Virus record (IMG/VR): IMGVR_UViG_2778261667_000001
Strand: one strand, 5' to 3'
Origin: a virus
Lineage: Duplodnaviria > Heunggongvirae > Uroviricota > Caudoviricetes
DNA: 7,140 nt
In this document: positions 1 to 5,834 of the stretch, piece by piece
Layout of the letters: every line of letters begins with the position of its first letter
Position numbering within the stretch: position 1 is the stretch's first letter
Translations under genes and position numbers: made by a program
The notes under the pieces: generated by a model
Database searches by the model: none
What the model saw: only the letters and a program-made list of their open reading frames with translations
What the model was told of the DNA's origin: nothing

Positions 1-133
1 GAGTAAAGGATCGATATGTGTTTTTTTATCATCAAATTTAGAAAAGTCTGCTTAAAAACCACCTTGTGTAACGTAAAGCCCCGTCAGCAATGCATTGCCC
101 ATCTGTGCACAAAGGAAAAATATTCCTAAATTT

Positions 134-167
134 CTAACTTTAGATAATTGGCATTATTTAAAGTTAG
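134..167. other. lox-like recombination site: 13-bp inverted arms flanking an 8-bp asymmetric spacer
   Basis: Seen in sequence: CTAACTTTAGATA (134-146), spacer ATTGGCAT (147-154), TATTTAAAGTTAG (155-167). The arms are inverted repeats matching at 12 of 13 positions. The 13+8+13 architecture is that of P1 loxP, and the arm matches the loxP arm ATAACTTCGTATA at 9 of 13 positions. It lies 152 bp upstream of the Cre-like gene, as loxP lies just upstream of cre in P1. Confidence 0.55.
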
Positions 168-175
168 GTTATAAT
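148..175 (+). promoter_or_regulatory. Candidate sigma70 promoter (-35 TTGGCA, 16-bp spacer, -10 TATAAT) overlapping the lox-like site
   Basis: Seen in sequence: TTGGCA at 148-153 (5/6 to TTGACA) and TATAAT at 170-175 (6/6), spaced 16 bp, oriented toward the recombinase gene at 319. The -35 sits inside the lox-like spacer and left edge of the right arm. Confidence 0.45.
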
Positions 176-318
176 CATGTGTAGATGAACAGTGTTGACA
201 TCACTAAAAATACGTGCATCGAATCAAAGGCTTGAATTTTGAAAATTAACTTATAGCTACCCTGTCATTTTTATATTTTTCGCGTAACGTCATCTGTATA
301 TAGAGGTTAAATAGTTTC

Positions 319-1347
319 ATGAGTGAATTAATTATCTCTGGCAGTTCCGGTGGTTTCCTGCGCAACATTGGCAAAGAGTACCAGGAGGCCGCAGAAAACT
401 TTATGCGGTTCATGAATGACCAGGGGGCTTATGCGCCGAATACTCTGCGCGACCTCCGGTTGGTGTTTCACTCCTGGGCGCGATGGTGTCACGCTCGCCA
501 GCTCGCCTGGTTCCCGATCTCACCAGAGATGGCCCGCGAGTATTTTCTTCAACTGCATGATGCCGATCTGGCTTCGACCACCATTGATAAGCACTACGCC
601 ATGCTGAATATGCTGCTTTCGCATTGTGGCCTTCCACCACTTTCGGATGATAAAAGTGTTTCTCTGGCTATGCGGCGCATCCGGCGAGAAGCAGCAACTG
701 AAAAAGGTGAACGAACAGGCCAGGCTATACCGCTGCGGTGGGACGACCTGAAACTGCTCGACGTCCTGTTGTCCAGGTCTGAACGGCTGGTAGATCTGCG
801 CAACCGGGCTTTTCTCTTTGTTGCATACAACACACTGATGCGTATGTCTGAAATCTCGCGAATTCGCGTAGGAGATCTGGATCAAACAGGTGACACTGTC
901 ACGCTACATATTTCACACACGAAGACAATAACGACCGCTGCCGGGCTTGATAAGGTGCTTTCTCGTCGCACTACCGCTGTACTGAATGACTGGCTGGAGG
1001 CTTCCGGGCTTCGTGAACATCCTGACGCGGTGCTGTTCCCGCCGATACACCGTAGCAATAAGGCCAGGATCACGATAACGCCCCTTACTGCACCTGCAAT
1101 GGAGAAAATATTCAGCGATGCCTGGGTGTTGCTGAATAAAAGAGATGCCACGCCGAACAAAGGAAGATACCGGACGTGGACAGGCCATAGTGCTCGTGTC
1201 GGGGCCGCTATCGATATGGCTGAAAAGCAGGTGTCTATGGTGGAGATCATGCAGGAAGGAACCTGGAAGAAACCGGAAACACTTATGCGGTATCTGCGCC
1301 GTGGCGGCGTGTCTGTGGGGGCTAATAGCCGCCTGATGGATTCGTAA
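319..1347 (+). CDS. Cre-family tyrosine site-specific recombinase
   Basis: The 342-aa ORF is nearly the same length as P1 Cre (343 aa) and aligns by eye along its whole length. Shared blocks include SWARWC, WFP..PE, LNML, VSLAMRRIRRE, RNRAFLFVAYNTLMRMSEISRIRVGDL, HTKT, WTGHSARVGAAIDMA, EIMQEGTW and LMRYLRR. Counterparts of Cre catalytic residues R173, K201, H289, R292, W315 and Y324 are all present. GAGG at 303-306 is a possible RBS. Confidence 0.9.
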   Translation: MSELIISGSSGGFLRNIGKEYQEAAENFMRFMNDQGAYAPNTLRDLRLVFHSWARWCHARQLAWFPISPEMAREYFLQLHDADLASTTIDKHYAMLNMLLSHCGLPPLSDDKSVSLAMRRIRREAATEKGERTGQAIPLRWDDLKLLDVLLSRSERLVDLRNRAFLFVAYNTLMRMSEISRIRVGDLDQTGDTVTLHISHTKTITTAAGLDKVLSRRTTAVLNDWLEASGLREHPDAVLFPPIHRSNKARITITPLTAPAMEKIFSDAWVLLNKRDATPNKGRYRTWTGHSARVGAAIDMAEKQVSMVEIMQEGTWKKPETLMRYLRRGGVSVGANSRLMDS

Positions 1348-1408
1348 ATTAAATTTCTAACATATCTTTTTAGATTGATATCTTTGCTGTAAAGTACCCT
1401 CGCCTATT

Positions 1409-1765
1409 TTGGAGGGTGCTTTGCAGAGTCAAATCACGGAATCAAGACGCTTCACGGTGGACGGTTACACCGTAACCTTCGCCGCTGGTGTTAAGAACAG
1501 TCATGCTGTCGTTGTATTCGGCATCATGACCGGGCTTGAGGCCGTCCCTGTATTTACCCTCGAAAAAAACTGGCGAAATCTGGAGGAAGCGGAAAGCTAT
1601 GTCCGGAAAGTAACCATCATTGCCGCCGAAAAACTCCTGGCCCACTATCAGGAAAATTATCGCACTATGGTCGAGAAAATTAATCTCGCTTTCACTCGCC
1701 CCACTACAGGCTTCATCGCCCCGGAGACTAATACAGGTCGCTATCCTGCAAGGGGTCGTCGGTGA
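1409..1765 (+). CDS. Hypothetical protein (about 114-118 aa, start codon uncertain)
   Basis: Intact ORF whose stop overlaps the next gene's GTG start (GTGA at 1762-1765). GGAGG at 1411-1415 sits 5 nt before an in-frame TTG at 1421, so the real start may be TTG 1421 or GTG 1457 rather than TTG 1409. No recognisable family. Confidence 0.5.
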   Translation: MEGALQSQITESRRFTVDGYTVTFAAGVKNSHAVVVFGIMTGLEAVPVFTLEKNWRNLEEAESYVRKVTIIAAEKLLAHYQENYRTMVEKINLAFTRPTTGFIAPETNTGRYPARGRR

Positions 1766-2238
1766 AAAATTATTACCCATCTCTGAATTGTTACCCGTCT
1801 TCGTATCCGGAATTGTCCGGGAAGCTGTTATCTCTTTTGGCTAAATCACCAACTGAATGGTTTAAGCCAGTCGTTATCAATCCACACTTCCTGGATTACG
1901 GATCTGTTCGCACTCGTAACGAACTCAAAAACCTGCTGGCGCATGGATTCATTCGACACCGTGCCGGGAAAGGCTATCAGTTAGCGATTTCGCCAGAAGA
2001 GGCCGTGCGGCTATTCGCATATCGTGACAGCCAGACAAAAGCACGGGTAATAGCTCAAATACTTCATAACGGCAGCACCTATGCCCGCCAGTTTGGCGGC
2101 GACACGTCGCAGTTCTTGCGGGCTGTGCGATCGCTGGAAGAACAAGGAGTTATTGAAAGTTCCTGTCTTCCTGTTCCTACCGTTCCACATATCAAACGTC
2201 GGGTTTACACCTTCACGCAGAGAGCTAAAAAACAATGA
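1762..2238 (+). CDS. Hypothetical protein, possible winged-helix DNA-binding protein
   Basis: 158-aa ORF with a GTG start overlapping the upstream stop and a stop overlapping the downstream ATG (ATGA at 2235-2238). Segments such as ELKNLLAHGFIRHRAGKGYQLAISPEEAVRLF and QFLRAVRSLEEQGVIES look like winged-helix recognition regions; this is inference from composition only. Confidence 0.55.
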   Translation: MKNYYPSLNCYPSSYPELSGKLLSLLAKSPTEWFKPVVINPHFLDYGSVRTRNELKNLLAHGFIRHRAGKGYQLAISPEEAVRLFAYRDSQTKARVIAQILHNGSTYARQFGGDTSQFLRAVRSLEEQGVIESSCLPVPTVPHIKRRVYTFTQRAKKQ

Positions 2239-2729
2239 TTTACGTAAAAGTGAAACGCCTACATCCGGAAGCAAAACTTCCAGCTTATGCCACTGCCGGA
2301 TCGGCGGCGATGGATTTTGAGGCTGTTGAAATAACACCGTGCGTCGATAGCAATGGTGCAATTTCCTCAAGCTGGTGGGTGCATACCGGGCTGGCTATGG
2401 AGATCCCGCCCGGCTGGTGTCTGAAACTCTATCCGCGTTCCGGATTGGGCTGCAAAAAACATACTCGCTTGGCTAACTGCGTAGGAATTATCGACTCCGA
2501 TTATCGCGGTGAAATCATGGCAAAACTGATTACTGATCCAGGCGGTGAAGGCGTTTGCCTCAAGCCGGGGATGGCGGTCATGCAAGGCATTTTTGAGCGT
2601 GTTGAACCGGTATCGCTGGTAGAAGTTGATGAACTCGATGAAACAGAACGAGGTGCTGGTGGCTTTGGTAGCACATCGGAAGGCCGCGTTGAAATCAAGC
2701 GTACACCGCTTCAGTACGCAAAGTTTTAA
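2235..2729 (+). CDS. dut: dUTP diphosphatase (trimeric dUTPase family)
   Basis: Matches conserved dUTPase motifs when compared by eye with E. coli Dut: PAYATAGSAAMDF (motif I), PRSGLG (motif II), GIIDSDYRGE (motif III) and RGAGGFGSTS (motif V). Motif V is followed by a short extra tail (EGRVEIKRTPLQYAKF). Start overlaps the upstream stop. Confidence 0.88.
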   Translation: MIYVKVKRLHPEAKLPAYATAGSAAMDFEAVEITPCVDSNGAISSSWWVHTGLAMEIPPGWCLKLYPRSGLGCKKHTRLANCVGIIDSDYRGEIMAKLITDPGGEGVCLKPGMAVMQGIFERVEPVSLVEVDELDETERGAGGFGSTSEGRVEIKRTPLQYAKF

Positions 2730-2743
2730 GTAGAGGAAGGATT

Positions 2744-3406
2744 ATGGCCAGCACTTTTCAGGTGTTCCCCAAATACAAATGCCACAGCATCATTCGGGCA
2801 TCGAAAATCAAAGATATTGTTATTGTCGGCAAAGCTTATGCGCCCATTTTTGGCAGCATCGAAGTCGTGGAGCCAAAAGGAATGACGCTTCGTGTTGATG
2901 GTGTGTTCTTGGAAAAGTTCCGACCGCAAATAGGAGGATATCTCGTCACTGCTGAAAATGGTTATCTGGTCTATGTGCCAGAGAAAGCATTTGAAAAATG
3001 CTATAGCCGGGTTAACGACGCCTCCGAAAATGGGGTATCGCTCAGCATTGAAGGTCACAATGGGGTGACATTCATTACAGCCAGGGACGTAACTATTTCT
3101 GCTGGCGGTATCGCTACTCTACAAGAAGAAATCGACCTTGAAGCAGCCGACTTTTCTGACGCGCTGATGTGGATGAAGGATGGCAAGAAAGTTGCTCGAC
3201 GCGGGTGGAACGGCGAAGACCAATTCTGCTGGCTGGTTCCTGAAGGACAGTACCCGGCACGAATGGAAGCCATTAAGGGATATTTCCCCGGCGACCTCGT
3301 TCCGTATGGTGCTTATTTCGCCTTAAAAAATGCACAAGGTGTAGTTGTTCCGTGGGTGCCTTCAGTTGGCGACCTGCTGGCCTGTGACTGGTTTGTTGTG
3401 GAGTGA
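2744..3406 (+). CDS. Two-domain hypothetical protein: unknown N-terminal domain fused to a C-terminal DUF2829-like (Tad2-type) domain
   Basis: 220-aa ORF with a good RBS (GGAAGGA at 2732-2738, ATG at 2744). The C-terminal ~80 aa (about 3161..3403) read ALMWMKDGKKVARRGWNG...PYGAYFALKNAQGVVVPWVPSVGDLLACDWFVVE. This matches the pattern I recall for small phage DUF2829 proteins (GKKV.R.GW near the start, D.LA.DW at the end). The N-terminal ~140 aa is unrecognised. Confidence 0.75.
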   Translation: MASTFQVFPKYKCHSIIRASKIKDIVIVGKAYAPIFGSIEVVEPKGMTLRVDGVFLEKFRPQIGGYLVTAENGYLVYVPEKAFEKCYSRVNDASENGVSLSIEGHNGVTFITARDVTISAGGIATLQEEIDLEAADFSDALMWMKDGKKVARRGWNGEDQFCWLVPEGQYPARMEAIKGYFPGDLVPYGAYFALKNAQGVVVPWVPSVGDLLACDWFVVE

Positions 3407-3412
3407 TTTAAC

Positions 3413-4219
3413 GTGGAAAATACCAAGAACATTCAATATCGCCTGCGTAACGGCCTGCTGGTGGATGTTAACGCTGACATGTCTCTGCCGCTCGACACGA
3501 TTGAACGCACTATCATGGCGTATCTTGGCTTTAATGAAGAGCTGAATGAAGAGCATGGCGTAGCCATATGGAGCGATGCAGACAACGGCGCTCGCCGTTA
3601 TATCACTGCCAGAGGCAAAGACTACTCTCTGGAAGAACTGTTTACCCTTGCGCAGTCTTTCGAATGTGTAGCATTGGATCTGTTTAATGATCCTGCTATA
3701 GCGCAACGACTTATCCGCGAGCTTGGGCTGTCCGTTACCCCAATCATCTTTAGAAATGGCAGCTTGACTGGCACATGGCGCGTAGAACGCATCTCAAACT
3801 ACCTTCCATATAACCGACAGTTAAATGGAGTAATCTCCGGCGTTAATCAGCCCGTAGCGTGTGAAAATGTAAACCTAGTTGTCGCTGTTTTGGCAACCGC
3901 ATGTCGCGTTATTGGTTTGACTAAACAGGCATTTATTCATTTCCCAAATGGTGCAGATGGTAGCGCAGAGATTATCGCGTGTGATTTCGAATTTACCTGG
4001 ATGCTACGAGAATATCTGGACAAAACAGTATTCCGTGCCGAAGAACTGGATATGTATATCACGTCAACGATTCCTGATGATGTGCGAGCTGAAGCAATCG
4101 CTACAGCCAGGGCTAAATGCCGTGCGGCGATTGCAGAACAGGCCAAAGAAGAACAGTCCGATGAAGTCGCGGCAGATGTGGAAGCAGAGGTAGCGGAGGA
4201 TGCTGATGCTGACGCCTAA
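3413..4219 (+). CDS. Hypothetical protein with a strongly acidic C-terminal tail
   Basis: 268-aa ORF. The first start codon in frame is GTG at 3413, two codons after the upstream TGA and in the same frame, with no obvious SD, so the start is uncertain. The last ~30 aa (EQAKEEQSDEVAADVEAEVAEDADADA) are very acidic. The 3' end overlaps the next gene by 20 nt. Confidence 0.65.
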   Translation: MENTKNIQYRLRNGLLVDVNADMSLPLDTIERTIMAYLGFNEELNEEHGVAIWSDADNGARRYITARGKDYSLEELFTLAQSFECVALDLFNDPAIAQRLIRELGLSVTPIIFRNGSLTGTWRVERISNYLPYNRQLNGVISGVNQPVACENVNLVVAVLATACRVIGLTKQAFIHFPNGADGSAEIIACDFEFTWMLREYLDKTVFRAEELDMYITSTIPDDVRAEAIATARAKCRAAIAEQAKEEQSDEVAADVEAEVAEDADADA

Positions 4220-5306
4220 AAACATCACCGAATTACCAGAGTGGAGAGAGCTGGTAAGCAAATATAGCCATGACTGGGCATTAGCAGCAGAAGAGTTGAT
4301 GGGTGTTAAGTTAACCCACCAGCAAAAGCTAATTGTTGAGGCGATTCAACAAAAAGGTTCAGCAGTCAGCGTCACCACTCCTGAAGGGATAGGCCAAAAG
4401 ACGGTTATGGCTATAATTAGTATTCTTTATACAATCCTGATGCCTGAGTCTAAAACGGTCATTGTTTCCCCAAAGTTCTATAATTGTCGCAGGCAAGTTA
4501 TCCAATACATAAGTACGTATTGGGATAGAGTCAGTAACAGAATCCCATTGCTGGGAGAATATTTTAAAGTCGACGGAAACGGCATCACTCATCGTTACCG
4601 GGAATATTGGGGCTGCGAAATTAAGCCATATCACCGAAATTATGAGGAAGGTTTCGGTGGATATTATGCTGAACATCTTTTAATCATTGTTACGGAGGCG
4701 GCTCTTGCTGGCGATCGGCTATTCAGCATGTTAAGAGCATCGTTAGTAAGTGACGATTCACGTATACTTTTAATGTCCGCTCCTTCAGAGGAGGAGCATG
4801 GACACTTTTACGATTCCCATCATGGTCGTGCAAAATCTGAAGAAAATCCATGTGGTATTTATACAGCCATCAAGTTGAACGCAGAAGATACCCCCATTAT
4901 TTCTCAAGGTTATCTTGATAACATTGCAGAAATATATGGTGGTAAAAATAGCGATTACTACCGTCGTATGGTTCTTGGTGAGTTCCCTGGTATTCGGGAG
5001 GCTGTTCTTGAATCAGATATGCCGAAAACAATGCGCTTTACGATGCATGATGGTAGTGAATGGACAATGCCATTACTAGTGATAGCCCGGCATCATGCAC
5101 AGCACCACGCCAAAAAACATGGCGTTACAACATTAGAGTGGTTGAAATCGCACACCATTCCACTCTTCACTGCAGATCACAATGCTATCGTTGAGTGGGC
5201 AAAAACAATTCCGTGGGAGAATGTCGCTGAATACGCCAACATGCTAAAACCGCCGAAAGACAGGCAAGAAATTAGCTGGCTGACAGCAGAAAAAATCATC
5301 GAGTGA
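4200..5306 (+). CDS. Terminase-large-subunit-like ASCE ATPase domain protein (no nuclease domain, divergent Walker motifs)
   Basis: 368-aa ORF; ATG 4206 is the more likely start because GGAGG at 4195-4199 sits 6 nt upstream of it. Motif order and spacing fit a terminase ATPase domain: Walker A-like PEGIGQKT (aa 61-68), Walker B-like LLIIVTE (aa 160-166), coupling motif-like LLMSAPS (aa 190-196), and YYRRMVLGEFPG near aa 253-264. The Gly before the Walker A Lys is Q and the Walker B Asp is T. The remaining ~100 aa are too short for an RNaseH-like nuclease domain and show no acidic triad. Confidence 0.7.
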   Translation: MLMLTPKNITELPEWRELVSKYSHDWALAAEELMGVKLTHQQKLIVEAIQQKGSAVSVTTPEGIGQKTVMAIISILYTILMPESKTVIVSPKFYNCRRQVIQYISTYWDRVSNRIPLLGEYFKVDGNGITHRYREYWGCEIKPYHRNYEEGFGGYYAEHLLIIVTEAALAGDRLFSMLRASLVSDDSRILLMSAPSEEEHGHFYDSHHGRAKSEENPCGIYTAIKLNAEDTPIISQGYLDNIAEIYGGKNSDYYRRMVLGEFPGIREAVLESDMPKTMRFTMHDGSEWTMPLLVIARHHAQHHAKKHGVTTLEWLKSHTIPLFTADHNAIVEWAKTIPWENVAEYANMLKPPKDRQEISWLTAEKIIE

Positions 5307-5310
5307 TAGT

Positions 5311-5342
5311 AAAAAGCCCGCCTGGTTGAGCGGGCTTTTTTA
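5311..5342. terminator. Bidirectional Rho-independent terminator
   Basis: Seen in sequence: AAAAA-GCCCGC-ctggttga-GCGGGC-TTTTTT. A 6-bp GC stem with an 8-nt loop is flanked by an A-tract and a T-tract, 5 nt after the stop of the 4200..5306 gene, between convergent blocks. Confidence 0.75.
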
Positions 5343-5498
5343 TGCGCCTTAAATCACAGGTCTATCATCAAACATCAACTGGAATGAGTGAGGAATCGAC
5401 CACAAGCAACGCCCCTTGCAATATGCCTTCGCGGTTTTCGAGTAAACAACTTAGCGCGGAATCAGTATTCGCCACAAGATGTAAAAAGTCCACCAGTG

Positions 5499-5765
5499 TT
5501 ATGGTTCGCATTTCCATATGGTGTTCTGAACGCCAGTACCGGGCGCGAGATGGGGGTTAGCGTTCGCGCTATGCTGATATACGGCTTTAGACTTTCCATA
5601 TTGCTGACAGGCTTTATCTGCGGTTTTTTGCAGGCTATCCAGCCCATACCAGCCATCTGACTGGATGCTTACCTTTTCACCGTCATTGTATTGCACCATC
5701 GCACACCCAGATATAGCCAGTATCGCGCCGACAATAACGCTATTCCATAAAACTCTATGCAACAT
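5499..5765 (-). CDS. Small putative lipoprotein (about 88 aa)
   Basis: Taking ATG at 5765 as start, the N-terminus MLHRVLWNSVIVGAILAISGCA has a basic n-region, a hydrophobic core and a lipobox-like ISGC. The mature part would be ~65 aa with two more Cys. The ORF track start at 5771 is a TTG two codons upstream. Confidence 0.5.
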   Translation of the reverse strand: MLHRVLWNSVIVGAILAISGCAMVQYNDGEKVSIQSDGWYGLDSLQKTADKACQQYGKSKAVYQHSANANPHLAPGTGVQNTIWKCEP

Positions 5766-5769
5766 ATAC

Positions 5770-5800
5770 AAAAATCCCCTCTGTGAATTGAGGGGATTTT
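5770..5800 (-). terminator. Hairpin with T-tract, candidate intrinsic terminator or attenuator for minus-strand transcription
   Basis: Seen in sequence, plus strand: AAAATCCCCTC-tgtgaatt-GAGGGGATTTT (11-bp perfect stem with a 7-bp GC-rich core). On the minus strand the stem is followed by TTTTTGTAT and then the ATG at 5765, so the 3' half (GAGGGGA) could also serve as that gene's SD. Confidence 0.5.
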
Positions 5801-5834
5801 AGCATGGTGATCAGATATCAGCTTTATCCGGAAT

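Noticed and set aside
195-200. Perfect TTGACA hexamer
   Set aside because: No acceptable -10 element 16-19 bp downstream (the 218-223 region reads CATCGA), so it is not called as a promoter. The TTGGCA/TATAAT pair at 148-175 is the better candidate.
246-262. TTAACTTATAGCTA, which resembles a loxP arm plus spacer start
   Set aside because: No inverted partner arm nearby; at most a half-site-like coincidence.
410-1336. Several ORFs of 63-122 aa on both strands inside the recombinase gene (410..640 -, 416..607 +, 520..885 -, 594..833 -, 882..1250 -, 913..1188 -, 1145..1336 +)
   Set aside because: All are fully nested in the well-supported Cre-like CDS, lack SD sequences, and have Arg/Ser-rich composition typical of off-frame translation.
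1396-1417. ACCCTC...GAGGGT hairpin after the recombinase gene
   Set aside because: Only a 6-bp stem with no downstream T-tract, so not called a terminator. It may instead modulate the downstream RBS.
2011-3706. Antisense or alternative-frame ORFs overlapping the plus-strand genes (for example 2011..2370 -, 2726..3058 -, 3362..3706 -, 3948..4193 +, 4359..4676 -)
   Set aside because: Each overlaps a longer ORF that has motif or context support, and none has its own start context or recognisable features.
5342-5660. Plus-strand ORFs 5342..5560 and 5388..5660, and minus ORF 5462..5656
   Set aside because: They begin inside the terminator T-tract or run antisense to or overlap the better-supported lipoprotein ORF, with no RBS; most likely spurious.
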